Source: a bacterium (GTDB lineage Bacteria > Calditrichota > Calditrichia > RBG-13-44-9). Taken from it: a stretch of 64,000 nucleotides of DNA. A program made the position numbers and the translations under genes. The notes under the pieces were generated by a model, which worked only from the letters and a program-made list of their open reading frames with translations, had not been told where the DNA came from and did no database searches. Of the stretch, positions 29,393-39,582 are shown piece after piece (position 1 is the first letter of the stretch; each line of letters starts with the position of its first letter). Location: contig CP070707.1 of NCBI GenBank assembly GCA_020350205.1, forward strand, positions 3,163,563 through 3,227,562. Direction: 5' to 3'.

Positions 29393-30167
29393 TAAGCCGG
29401 AAAATTCCATTAAAATTACCAAATGGGATCTTTTTAAAGTTTTTTTGACCAGTTTCTTTATGCAGGCAGTCTGGAATTTTAGAAGTTTGATCAGTGTCGG
29501 TTTCAGTATCTGCTTTTTTCCCATACTGGGAAAATTATGTGAGACGCCGGAGATGAAACGTGATTTTTTTCAGAGACACTTGAAATTTTTTAATGCACAT
29601 CCTTACTTCGCTTCATTTGCACTGGGTGTCTCGATTCGTCTGGAAGAAATGCGAGTTGCGGGAGAATCGGGAGTCACTGAGACAATTGATCGCTTGAAAA
29701 CGCTTTTAATCAGTCCCTTGGGAGCTGTCGGTGACCGTCTCTTTTGGGCAACCATAAAACCGGCGGCTTTAATTTTTGGAATGGTTGGAATTCTGATTTC
29801 GTCATCAGTTTGGATGAAACTTGTGTTTATCGTAGTCAGTTTCCTTTTGTATAATATACCCCATTTCTATTATCGCTATGAAGGGATAATTGAGGGCTAT
29901 AATCATCCCCATGATATTCATCGTTTCATCAGTCAGCAACGATTTGAGTTATTGAGAAAATTTTATGGTTATCTCCTGCTCTTTGGTATTTTAGCTTTCA
30001 TTTTAATTTATATCTTTACCCTGGTTCAATCCGATTTGGTATATATGGTATTTTTTATCCTGGCGACAGTCTATGCATTTATTTTTAACCGTTTATCGAA
30101 TAATTTTTATGTGGTTACATTAGGTACATTTTTGTTTTTTCTTCTGGCATCTGTACTATTTTTATAA
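29379..30167 (+). CDS. PTS mannose-family EIID-like membrane component
   Basis: ITKWDLFKVFLTSFFMQAVWNFRSLISVGFSICFFPIL closely matches the ManZ/IID N-terminal consensus (DI..VF.RS...Q.SWN.ERMQ.LGF); multiple C-terminal TM helices. Confidence 0.65.
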   Translation: MRKVNKPENSIKITKWDLFKVFLTSFFMQAVWNFRSLISVGFSICFFPILGKLCETPEMKRDFFQRHLKFFNAHPYFASFALGVSIRLEEMRVAGESGVTETIDRLKTLLISPLGAVGDRLFWATIKPAALIFGMVGILISSSVWMKLVFIVVSFLLYNIPHFYYRYEGIIEGYNHPHDIHRFISQQRFELLRKFYGYLLLFGILAFILIYIFTLVQSDLVYMVFFILATVYAFIFNRLSNNFYVVTLGTFLFFLLASVLFL

Positions 30168-30198
30168 AGGTCACTTTTTCCATGACATTTTATCGATT

Positions 30199-30465
30199 AT
30201 GATCAAAAAAGAACTGAAAATAAAAAATAAAACTGGATTACATGCCAGGCCGGCGGCTCTTTTGGTAAAAACCACCGGCAAGTTCAAATCGGAGATATTT
30301 ATATCCAAGGATGGATATAAAGTCAATGGTAAAAGTATCATGGGAGTGATGACCCTGGCAGCAGAATCAGGAAGTTTGATTGAGGTCTTTATTGACGGGC
30401 CGGATGAGGATGAGGCTATGACGGCCTTGGAAGACTTGATTGAAAATAAGTTTTATGAAGATTAA
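30199..30465 (+). CDS. ptsH: phosphocarrier protein HPr
   Basis: 88 aa. GLHARPAA around the phosphorylatable His and KSIMGVMTLAA with the regulatory Ser region. The fold-typical length is right. Confidence 0.85.
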   Translation: MIKKELKIKNKTGLHARPAALLVKTTGKFKSEIFISKDGYKVNGKSIMGVMTLAAESGSLIEVFIDGPDEDEAMTALEDLIENKFYED

Positions 30466-31133
30466 TTATTACCCCCCCTACAAATATCCGTAAAAAAAGT
30501 CAGTTGCTCAGCTGTTTCGTTTCGGAATGAGTATTTTGACTCAAGTGGAATTTGACTGAGTTCTCTGTTTCTATTGAAGATACCCCTTATCTTTTCCGAA
30601 ATATCTTAAAGACGATTTATACTGAAACCTACCGTGCCACCGGATTTGATTACTTTAAAAGCAACCCATTTTCTGACACTTCAATCTACACTTTCGCCGA
30701 TTTTCAACAGATATGCAGGAAAATTCGACACAAACAGCTTTTTCAGGTCCATGTTTGAAATGTTATATCATTAGTAAAAACAATAAAATAACAAAGCATT
30801 TTTTCTCTCGAAAAAGTCGGCATTCAATTTGCTAATCAATAAATGGAGTGTGATTTCCATCACCTTTTAAGGGCAGCAACTTTTTTGAGGTGAGGCATCT
30901 TGTGAGGTGTGATCATTGATTATCATTGAAAAGGAACACAATCCAGTGGAGGAAAAGAAAGGTCTGATGATTCTTGATGAAGGTTAACATCACTGCTTGA
31001 AGGGTTGCATTTCCAGCAAGAAATTTTACTTTTGAGGGTAGCAGGGGTGAGTTAAAATATTTAAAAAAAATTAATGATTAGCTGGATTTTATCCGAAGAT
31101 TTATAAATATGTCAAAGTGATAGGAAGTGCATC

Positions 31134-32327
31134 ATGAGAAAAGAAGATATCAAAATTCTGGTTGTTGAGGATGAAGAAATTATTCGTATGATGTTTAAAC
31201 AATCATTTTCTAACTGGGGATTTAAAGTTAATACAGCCGAGAATGGGAAAGACGCCCTAGAAAAATGTCAGCAGGGTTTTTTTAACATTGTTGTTACTGA
31301 TCTGAATATGCCGGTGATGGATGGTATGGAGTTGTTAAAGAGACTAAAATCGAAATGGCCTTATCAGGAGGTCATCGTTGTAACCGGATATGCCACCATT
31401 GAATCTGCCATAGAGGCGATGAAACTTGGTGCCTACGATTTTATCCTGAAACCAGTAAATTTTGACCATGTGCAGTTTATCATAAACAAATTGTTCACCA
31501 AAATCAGGGCGGAAGCAGAAAATGAACAATTGCGTGAAGTAAACACGCAATTGATGGAACTGAATGATATGAAAGATAAATTCCTGTACATTACCAATCA
31601 TGAAATCCGCACCCCTTTGACGATTATTAAAGGTTATATTGATGTATTACGAGGACTGATCTCCAATCCTGGTAATGAGGTTACTGAAACCCTCACCATT
31701 CTTGAGGATACTACCGCGGAATTAAATGAGCTGGTAGACCGGATGCACCTTCTGAAATCTCTGGAATTAGGAGAGATTGAACGAGATCATGATTTATTAG
31801 ATCTTAAGGATGTTTTAAGCAAAGTTTACCGGGAGCTGGGCAGCCTGTTTAAGCTAAGGAATATAGATTTGCGGGCAATGGTTGATAAGAAACCACTTTT
31901 TGTAACGGGCGATTATCGGCAGGTCCGGCTTTTGATGCGGGAATTACTCCATAATGCACTTAAATTTACACCTGACAAGGGCAGTGTAATCGTAAAACTT
32001 GAATTTAAAAACGATCAGATCCAATACTCCGTAAAAGACAGCGGCGTAGGTATCCCATATGATAAACAAAAATTAGTATTTGACAGATTTTATGAAATTC
32101 AGGATGTGGTAAATCACCGTTCTTCCAAAAAAGATTTCATGGGCGGAGGTTTGGGTATTGGATTGAGTATGGTAAAGGAAATTGTGGAAGGAATGAAAGG
32201 AAAGATAGAACTGGTGAGCGAACCCGGGCAAGGATCTCTATTCAGGATTACACTTCCTTATACGCAACCACAGAAAAAGACCGCCATACCGGCCCCCACT
32301 CCCGTGCAGTCTGTGACAAAAGAGTGA
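31134..32327 (+). CDS. hybrid response-regulator / sensor histidine kinase (REC-HisKA-HATPase)
   Basis: N-terminal receiver (ILVVEDEE...VVTDLNMPVMDG...VVTGY), H-box ITNHEIRTPLT, and ATPase G-boxes DSGVGIP and GGGLGIGLSMV. There is no sensory or transmembrane region. Confidence 0.85.
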   Translation: MRKEDIKILVVEDEEIIRMMFKQSFSNWGFKVNTAENGKDALEKCQQGFFNIVVTDLNMPVMDGMELLKRLKSKWPYQEVIVVTGYATIESAIEAMKLGAYDFILKPVNFDHVQFIINKLFTKIRAEAENEQLREVNTQLMELNDMKDKFLYITNHEIRTPLTIIKGYIDVLRGLISNPGNEVTETLTILEDTTAELNELVDRMHLLKSLELGEIERDHDLLDLKDVLSKVYRELGSLFKLRNIDLRAMVDKKPLFVTGDYRQVRLLMRELLHNALKFTPDKGSVIVKLEFKNDQIQYSVKDSGVGIPYDKQKLVFDRFYEIQDVVNHRSSKKDFMGGGLGIGLSMVKEIVEGMKGKIELVSEPGQGSLFRITLPYTQPQKKTAIPAPTPVQSVTKE

Positions 32328-32553
32328 TGTTGCACGATATTGCAGTGACTTTTTAGTTTTTTGTTGTGAAAATTCTATCCTTATTTATTTCATTATCTTA
32401 CAAAACTTCAATCTTTTTCTGCTTCTAAGTTTCTATTTTAGTCGAGCTCCAATATCTTCTTGTACACTTCTTCGGTAAATAATTACCAAATATTAAGTCT
32501 TGACATTTTTTGGAGTTTATGTTAATATGCAATGGGAATGAGAGAATATCTCT

Positions 32554-33831
32554 ATGCGTACCCTTCTTATCTTACTTTGTTTTTCTTCAGTATTAGTTTT
32601 CGCACAGGAAACTTCCAAAGTACATATTCTAACCTATAATGGCGTGATCAATCCGGTTGCCACAGATGTTATTCACTCGGCTATTCAGCAAACTGAGGAG
32701 GAGGGTGGAGAATGTCTAATTATTGAATTGGATACACCGGGTGGTTTGATGAAATCCATGCAGGAAATTGTTAAGGACATTTTGTCATCTCCCGTACCGG
32801 TGGTGGTTTATGTGGCACCCTCAGGATCGCGATCGGGATCTGCAGGAGTTTTTATCACCTATGCCGCCCATGTGGCAGCGATGGCCCCGGGAACTAATAT
32901 TGGGGCTGCACATCCGGTTAATCTTCAAGCTGCCGCGGATACCAGTGAAACCATGATGGAAAAGATTACCAATGATGCTGTTGCTTTCATTCGGAGTATT
33001 GCGGAAAAACGGGGACGAAATGAAGATTGGGCAGAAAAGTCGGTGAGAGAGAGCGCTTCCATCCCGGCCAGTGAGGCGCTGGAGTTAAAAGTCATTGATT
33101 GTATGGTTCCCAGCCTGGATAGCCTGCTTTCCTGGCTGGACGGTAGAGAGTATGAGGTTCTGGAAGGTAAAAAAACCTTGAAAACCAGAAATGCTATAAA
33201 AATAAGTATAGAGCTTTCCTGGCGGCTTAAATTGCTCAATGTAATCAGCGATCCGAATATTGCGTATATTTTGTTATTGATCGGTATCTATGGAATCTTC
33301 TTCGAGCTCTATAATCCCGGCTCCATTCTACCGGGTGTGGTTGGTGGAATCTCATTAATCTTGGCTTTTTACGCCCTGCATACCCTACCGGTAAATTATG
33401 CAGGTTTGCTGCTAATTCTATTTTCAATTATCTTATTTGTCGCAGAAATAAAGATACCCAGTTATGGAATGTTAACCGTTGGAGGCGTTGTGTCCTTAGT
33501 TTTAGGATCTATTATGTTGTTTAAAGATTCCATGCCCTTTATTCAGGTATCCTGGAAAGTGATTTTATTTGCAACGGTTATTACCACTATATTCTTTTTA
33601 TTTGCTATCGGACTCGGAATTCGGGCTCAGCGTCGCAAACCCGTGACGGGACAGGAAGGCTTGATTGGTGAGATAGGGGAGGCAGCGGGGGATTTTGTAA
33701 AGGGTAAAGGACAGGTGTCAGTTCACGGGGAGATTTGGGAAGCATTTAGTCAGGAAAAGATTAAAAAAGGGGATCCGATTCAGGTTGTCTCCATTGAAAA
33801 TCTTAAAATTATAATAAAAAAAGTGACCTAA
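32554..33831 (+). CDS. NfeD-family membrane-bound serine protease (ClpP-like domain + TM + OB-fold)
   Basis: Signal peptide, a ClpP-class N-domain ([33 protein letters not shown]), several TM helices and a C-terminal OB-like domain. It is paired with the SPFH gene downstream. Confidence 0.8.
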   Translation: MRTLLILLCFSSVLVFAQETSKVHILTYNGVINPVATDVIHSAIQQTEEEGGECLIIELDTPGGLMKSMQEIVKDILSSPVPVVVYVAPSGSRSGSAGVFITYAAHVAAMAPGTNIGAAHPVNLQAAADTSETMMEKITNDAVAFIRSIAEKRGRNEDWAEKSVRESASIPASEALELKVIDCMVPSLDSLLSWLDGREYEVLEGKKTLKTRNAIKISIELSWRLKLLNVISDPNIAYILLLIGIYGIFFELYNPGSILPGVVGGISLILAFYALHTLPVNYAGLLLILFSIILFVAEIKIPSYGMLTVGGVVSLVLGSIMLFKDSMPFIQVSWKVILFATVITTIFFLFAIGLGIRAQRRKPVTGQEGLIGEIGEAAGDFVKGKGQVSVHGEIWEAFSQEKIKKGDPIQVVSIENLKIIIKKVT

Positions 33832-33847
33832 AGCTGGAGGAAAACCT

Positions 33848-34597
33848 ATGCCTTATTTTGCCACCGTGGTTATTTTAATATTATTACTCTTGGCCAGTGC
33901 GATCCGAATTTTGAGGGAATATGAACGTGGTGTTATCTTTAGATTGGGGCGTTTAATAGGTTCCAAAGGACCCGGAATCATCATTCTGATTCCGATTGTT
34001 GATCGAATGATAAAAATCAGCTTGAGAACCGTTGTAATGGATGTCCCCCCACAGGATGTGATTACTCGTGATAATGTCAGTATTCAGGTGAATGCAGTTA
34101 TTTATTTCAGGGTTCTGAATCCGGAGAAGTCCGTGGTCGAAGTAGAAAATTATTTATTTGCTACCTCACAACTGTCTCAAACCACCTTGCGGAGTATTGT
34201 GGGACAGGTGGAGTTGGATGAACTTCTGGCGCAGCGAGACAAAATTAATAAGGATTTGCAGCAAATCATCGACAAACATTCTGATCCTTGGGGGATAAAA
34301 GTTTCGCTAGTGGAAATTAAGCATATCGATCTACCGATCGAAATGAAAAGGGCAATGGCCAGGCAAGCAGAAGCGGAACGGGAAAGGCGTTCCCGGGTTA
34401 TCAATGCAGAAGGTGAATACCAGGCTGCCACGAAACTGCAGATGGCTGCTGAAATTATCAATCAATATCCAGTAGCCCTGCAACTACGATTCTTACAAAC
34501 CCTCGCCGAGGTGGCATCGGAAAACAATTCTACCACAATTTTTCCGGTACCCATCGACTTGTTTACACACTTCATGAAGGGTGGAAAAAAGGAATAG
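33848..34597 (+). CDS. SPFH/band-7 (stomatin-like) protein
   Basis: N-terminal TM anchor, [30 protein letters not shown] and the stomatin signature region, then a C-terminal coiled-coil with AEAEREA repeats. Confidence 0.85.
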   Translation: MPYFATVVILILLLLASAIRILREYERGVIFRLGRLIGSKGPGIIILIPIVDRMIKISLRTVVMDVPPQDVITRDNVSIQVNAVIYFRVLNPEKSVVEVENYLFATSQLSQTTLRSIVGQVELDELLAQRDKINKDLQQIIDKHSDPWGIKVSLVEIKHIDLPIEMKRAMARQAEAERERRSRVINAEGEYQAATKLQMAAEIINQYPVALQLRFLQTLAEVASENNSTTIFPVPIDLFTHFMKGGKKE

Positions 34598-34633
34598 CAA
34601 TTCGACTCACACCCTTAAATGTAGTTTGCAGAA

Positions 34634-34663
34634 AATAGCAGAGATTATACTCTGCTATTTTTT
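34634..34663 (+). terminator. rho-independent terminator after the NfeD-stomatin pair
   Basis: ATAGCAGAG-attata-CTCTGCTAT gives a perfect 9-bp stem, followed by TTTTTTT. Confidence 0.8.
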
Positions 34664-35014
34664 TATGACTTTTTAATTCTGTTGATTTTTAATATCCCCT
34701 TTCGTATTATCTATGAGATAAAAGTAACAAATTCGATGAATGTATTTATATTATCGCGTTCGGTGTTTAAAGTTATGAATATTAGTTAGTTAATTTAAGA
34801 GATAGATTCAAATTATCACTCCAACTGTTGGACATTATATTTTCAAAGATCCATATTTTAAATGAGCTCGCGTGATTATTTTCATTTAAATTACAATTTT
34901 ATCAGATTAACCAGTGAGATAGATCCGATATAAGAAACTGATGCACATCATTGAATGTCTAAATAAATTCATCATTATCTTGGAAAATTTGTGATTTAAT
35001 AGTTCGGAGGACTC

Positions 35015-36373
35015 ATGAAAGAAGCAAAAGTCAGCAAAGAAGAACTTCTTAAAAAAGCCAACAAACCTGCTGAAGATGCCATGCGTTTGCACCCCTTTTA
35101 TCGTGGAAAAATCGAGATTATTCCCAAATCGCATGTTTGGGGTATGGAAAGTTTTGGGGTTTGGTATACGCCGGGAGTCGCTGCCCCCTGTAAAGAAATT
35201 CAAAAGAATCCCGATATGGTATTTCAATATACCAATAAGTGGAATACCATTGCTGTGATTTCGGATGGGACCCGTGTTTTGGGCTTGGGAGATATCGGAC
35301 CAGAAGCGGGACTTCCGGTTATGGAAGGTAAAGCCCTGCTGTTCAAATATCTGGGTGGTGTTGACGCTTTCCCATTGACTCTGGATACCAAAGACCCCGA
35401 TGAAATTATAAAAACTGTTCTGCTCCTTCAGCCCGGATTAGGGGGTGTAAATCTGGAAGATATCGCACAACCAAAATGTTTTCATGTATTAGATACCTTA
35501 CGTGAGAAAGCCCGGATCCCGGTTTGGCATGATGATCAGCAGGGAACTGCAGCGGTGACGGCAGCCGGATTGATCAATGCCCTCATTATGGTGAAGAAAA
35601 AAATAAATGAGGCCAAGATTGCTATGGTAGGAGCCGGTGCTTCCAATATTGCTATTTCCAGAGTAATTATCAAGGCGGGGGTGGATCCAAAAAATATCGT
35701 TATGGTGGATTCCAAAGGTATCCTGAACATGGCCCGTGATGATATTAAAAACAGTAATTATAAGGAAAAATGGCACATGTGCCAAATTAGCAATAAGAAG
35801 CAGGTGAAGGGTGATATTCCCGAGGCTATGGAAGGTGCGGATGTACTCATCGCACTCTCTAAACCCGGACCGGATACGATCAAGAAGGAATGGATTTCAA
35901 GAATGGCTGATGATGCGGTGGTTTTTGTCTGCGCAAATCCGATTCCGGAAATCTGGCCCTGGGAGGCTAAAGAAGCCGGTGCCAGAATTGTCGCAACCGG
36001 CCGGTCAGATTTTCCCAATCAGGTGAATAATTCACTGGGATTTCCGGGAATCTTCCGCGGCACCCTGGATGTGATGGCTAGAACCATTACGGATGAAATG
36101 TGTATTGCAGCGGCCAAAGAACTGGCGAAAACAGCCGAGGATAAGGGTTTGCATGAAGACTACCTGATTCCCACCATGGAAGATTGGGAAGTATTCCCCC
36201 GGGAAGCAGCAGCAGTGGGTATGATGGCAATTGAACAGGGCGTTGCCCGCCTGAAAATGAGCCGCAAAGAGTTGTTGCAAACCGCTGAAACCATCATTAA
36301 AAAATCCCGTGACGAATCCCAGATGATGATGGAAGAAGGCTTCATTGCTGCACCTCCGGGAATTGAACTGTAG
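35015..36373 (+). CDS. NAD(P)-dependent malic enzyme (short prokaryotic form)
   Basis: [28 protein letters not shown] and NAD-binding GAGASNIAI motifs; 452 aa; AGGA RBS. Confidence 0.9.
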   Translation: MKEAKVSKEELLKKANKPAEDAMRLHPFYRGKIEIIPKSHVWGMESFGVWYTPGVAAPCKEIQKNPDMVFQYTNKWNTIAVISDGTRVLGLGDIGPEAGLPVMEGKALLFKYLGGVDAFPLTLDTKDPDEIIKTVLLLQPGLGGVNLEDIAQPKCFHVLDTLREKARIPVWHDDQQGTAAVTAAGLINALIMVKKKINEAKIAMVGAGASNIAISRVIIKAGVDPKNIVMVDSKGILNMARDDIKNSNYKEKWHMCQISNKKQVKGDIPEAMEGADVLIALSKPGPDTIKKEWISRMADDAVVFVCANPIPEIWPWEAKEAGARIVATGRSDFPNQVNNSLGFPGIFRGTLDVMARTITDEMCIAAAKELAKTAEDKGLHEDYLIPTMEDWEVFPREAAAVGMMAIEQGVARLKMSRKELLQTAETIIKKSRDESQMMMEEGFIAAPPGIEL

Positions 36374-36643
36374 CTATAAGAATACACGGGGGGCATTGTA
36401 AATGATGCTCCCCTTCAATTTGATAAATTTTCTTCAGATTTTATACGGCGTCGCTATCCTACCTTCTCAACTTCTTCTGGTTTATACCGGAGATTTACTT
36501 CTGCGCCTACCTCAGATGAGATAGTTTCAAGACAGATATGATCTATTTGTATTTTTTTTGATTAGTGCAGTTTATCCCTGAAATTTGTTTTATTTATCCA
36601 TTCACATCATTTGATTTTTTCATCTGCCGGATGTAAATTATGA

Positions 36644-37015
36644 ATGGGTATACAGGAGCCTGAGATGCCTACGATTTTAATTGCTGCAGACAAAATGACC
36701 ACCAAATATCCCTTCCTGAAAGAAATTTCTGCTTTGGGACATGAAGTGGTATTAACCTCCCTGGGTACTGAAGCAATGAAAGTGGCACAGCGTAAAACTC
36801 CGGATCTCGTTATCCTGGATATTGATGTTCCGGGGGAAAGTGGCTTTGATTTTTTACAGGATTTTCTGGAGGATTGGCCGGATAAACCGGTGATCATTCA
36901 TTCTGCCTATTCACACTACAAAGAACATTTCATGAGTTGGGTGGCTGCCGATTTTATTATAAAATCGACTGATTTTACAAATTTGAAAAAAGCGATCCTA
37001 AACGTATTAAAATAA
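36644..37015 (+). CDS. single-domain response regulator receiver (CheY-like)
   Basis: About 120 aa with the acidic pocket (ILIAADK), a phospho-acceptor-like VILDIDVPG and a downstream KP motif (DKPVIIHSA). The likely start is ATG 36665 (MPTILIAAD). Confidence 0.5.
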   Translation: MGIQEPEMPTILIAADKMTTKYPFLKEISALGHEVVLTSLGTEAMKVAQRKTPDLVILDIDVPGESGFDFLQDFLEDWPDKPVIIHSAYSHYKEHFMSWVAADFIIKSTDFTNLKKAILNVLK

Positions 37016-37285
37016 TCTCCCGTTCACTTTCTACAATGGCATCCCGAAAATCTTTCCTTTCCCTTAGATGTGTTACTTTTGACTGCTATTTTTTACCTCC
37101 CCATCTCTGTTTCAGACAATTAGCTCGATTATGTGAATGATGGTGTATCTGTGATTTCTAAGTTATGATGATGGGAGATCGCATAAACCAGCTTTTGGTT
37201 ATATAGGAACATTGTTTAAAATATTATAAATCTTGATAATTTTATCACCAGTTAATAAATTTCATTTATTCCCGGAGAATGATCG

Positions 37286-38185
37286 ATGATTAAAAACTTT
37301 TCCCAACTTGTAAACCAGGTTAAGGCTTCACAAAATAATAAGATAGCAGTTGCAGTTGCTCAGGATGCAGATGTTTTAGAGGCCCTGGAAAAGGCGAGGA
37401 AGGCAGATCTTACTGATGCCATTCTGGTGGGGGATCGAAAAAAAATTGTTCGAATTGCCAGCATGAAGAAGATTGATATTAATCGGTATGAGATTATTCA
37501 TGTTGTGGAAGAGGAAATAGCTGTAAAAACAGCTGTGGATCTGGTTCGGAAGGGGAATGCGGATATATTAATGAAAGGGCTCTGTTCTACGGCCACTTTA
37601 ATGAAAGCAGTTTTGGACAAAACGGAAGGTCTGAGACGAACAGGACTTCTTTCACACCTGGCCATTTTTGAAATTAAAACCTATCCAAAACTCATTCTCA
37701 TGTCCGATGCCGCGTTGAATATTGCGCCAACTTTGGAGGAGAAAATTGCTATAATCGAAAATGCAGTTTCTGCAGCGCGTAAGTTGGATATTACAAATCC
37801 CAAGGTAGCCATGATTACTGCCGTGGAAAAGATCAATCCGGAAAAGATGCCTGCAACTGCAGATGCGGCTGTCATTGCGAAAATGGCCGAACGGGGTCAA
37901 ATTAAAGGTGCGGTTATTGATGGACCATTAGCACTGGACAATGCATTTTCCAAAAAATCGTGCGAAATCAAGGGGATTAAGTCAAGTGTTGGTGGACACA
38001 CGGATATTGCCATTGTTCCCAATATCGAGAGCGGAAATATATTCTATAAGCTGATGAGTTATCTCGCCGGCGCGAAAACCGCCGGTATCATAATAGGAGC
38101 AAAAGTCCCTATCGTGCTCACCTCACGGGCAGATTCTGATGAAACAAAATTTTTGTCCATTGCAGCCGCTGCGAAAGTATGCTGA
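37286..38185 (+). CDS. ptb: phosphate butyryltransferase
   Basis: Near-colinear similarity to clostridial Ptb (KIAVAVAQD...ILVGD, MKGL.STATL, SHLAIFE, NPKVAMITAVEKINPEKMP, DGPLALDNAFS, IVPNIESGNIFYK, VLTSRADS). Confidence 0.9.
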   Translation: MIKNFSQLVNQVKASQNNKIAVAVAQDADVLEALEKARKADLTDAILVGDRKKIVRIASMKKIDINRYEIIHVVEEEIAVKTAVDLVRKGNADILMKGLCSTATLMKAVLDKTEGLRRTGLLSHLAIFEIKTYPKLILMSDAALNIAPTLEEKIAIIENAVSAARKLDITNPKVAMITAVEKINPEKMPATADAAVIAKMAERGQIKGAVIDGPLALDNAFSKKSCEIKGIKSSVGGHTDIAIVPNIESGNIFYKLMSYLAGAKTAGIIIGAKVPIVLTSRADSDETKFLSIAAAAKVC

Positions 38186-38199
38186 GCAAAGGAATCGGT

Positions 38200-39273
38200 A
38201 TGAATCAACCTCACATTTTGGTGATTAATCCCGGATCAACCTCTACCAAAGTTTCGCTTTTTGAAGGCGAGACAGAATTATTCACATATGCCATTGAACA
38301 CAAATTAGAAGACCTGGCCAGATTTAACAAAGCTTCCGATCAGGATCTGTATCGTATGGAATTTATTATAAGCCATCTGCAGAAAGAAAAAGTTGATGTG
38401 AAACAGATCAAAGCTATTGTAGGTAGAGGCGGACTGTTGAAACCCATAGAGGGAGGGACCTACCGGGTGAATCAGGAAATGGTGGCTGATCTGAGGCGGG
38501 GTGTTCAGGGGGATCATCCCAGTAATTGCGGTGGTTTGATAGCGTATACACTATCTAAGAGTCTGGATTGTGAAGCGTTTATTGTTGACCCGGTGGTGGT
38601 GGACGAACTGCAGGATCTGGCACGTTTATCCGGAATGCCACTTATCCGGCGCCGCAGTATCTTCCATGCATTGAATCAAAAAGCGGTTGCCAGGCAGGCT
38701 GCACACCGCCTGAAAAAGAAATACCATGAAGTCAATGTAATTGTCGCGCATCTGGGAGGTGGCATTACCGTGGGAGCACATCAGCAGGGGAGGGTAATTG
38801 ATGTGAATAATGGCCTGGATGGGGATGGTCCCTACTCTCCGGAACGTTCCGGAGGGGTACCGGTGGGAGACCTGGTAAAAGCCTGTTTCTCTGGAGAGTA
38901 TACAATGGCTGATATGAAGAAACTTGTCACCGGTCACGGCGGGGTGGTGGCTTATCTGGGAACCCGGGATATGAAACAAGTTGAAGAACAGGTGAAGGCG
39001 GGTGACAAGGATTATCGCCAGATTTATGAGGGATTGGCATATCAGGTAGCAAAAGAAATCGGTGCGTGTGCGTGCGTTTTAAAAGGTGTAGTCGATGCGA
39101 TTTGCATTACCGGGGGATTAGCCTTTTCAGATATTTTAAATGACTGGATTGAAGACCGTGTGAAATGGATTGCCCCGGTGATGGTTTATCCCGGTGAAGA
39201 GGAGATGAAAGCGTTAGCTCTGGGCGCATTGCGGGTATTGGAGGGAGAAGAACTGGCGAAAACTTATTCTTAA
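38200..39273 (+). CDS. buk: butyrate kinase
   Basis: ILVINPGSTSTKVSLFEG N-terminal ASKHA motif, and HLGGGITVGA and ITGGLA motifs typical of Buk/acetate-kinase fold enzymes. It is coupled to ptb. The ORF is open from 38179, and the ATG at 38200 removes the overlap. Confidence 0.9.
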   Translation: MNQPHILVINPGSTSTKVSLFEGETELFTYAIEHKLEDLARFNKASDQDLYRMEFIISHLQKEKVDVKQIKAIVGRGGLLKPIEGGTYRVNQEMVADLRRGVQGDHPSNCGGLIAYTLSKSLDCEAFIVDPVVVDELQDLARLSGMPLIRRRSIFHALNQKAVARQAAHRLKKKYHEVNVIVAHLGGGITVGAHQQGRVIDVNNGLDGDGPYSPERSGGVPVGDLVKACFSGEYTMADMKKLVTGHGGVVAYLGTRDMKQVEEQVKAGDKDYRQIYEGLAYQVAKEIGACACVLKGVVDAICITGGLAFSDILNDWIEDRVKWIAPVMVYPGEEEMKALALGALRVLEGEELAKTYS

Positions 39274-39301
39274 TTTGTTTAAACCCTTTAGAGGAAAAGG
39301 T

Positions 39302-39517
39302 ATGGAAGTAACCATCAAAGTACCGGATATGACCTGTGATCATTGTAAAATGACTATAGATAAAGCACTTAAAGGTGTTGCCGGAGTGACGGAAGTTCAG
39401 GTACTGCTTACGGAACATTGGGTTAAGGTATCCGGAAAGTCGGAAGTAAATCGAGTAATTCAGGCTATTCAATCCGCAGGATATACGGCCGAGGAAATTG
39501 TAAATTTAAAGCCGTAA
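39302..39517 (+). CDS. heavy-metal-associated (HMA) domain metallochaperone, CopZ-like
   Basis: MTCDHC (GMxCxxC-type metal-binding loop) in a ~70-aa ferredoxin-like layout; GAGGAAAAGG RBS before ATG 39302. Confidence 0.8.
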   Translation: MEVTIKVPDMTCDHCKMTIDKALKGVAGVTEVQVLLTEHWVKVSGKSEVNRVIQAIQSAGYTAEEIVNLKP

Positions 39518-39582
39518 TCAGGTATGATTAAGTTAGATCAGTTTTTTAATTATTCATGTGAAAAATATCTTTACAGGAGTTT

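Noticed and set aside
30552-30758. 68-aa TTG-initiated ORF in the ptsH-kinase gap
   Set aside because: It has a non-canonical start, no RBS and no recognisable fold, so it is more likely non-coding. It is kept only as part of the intergenic-region finding.
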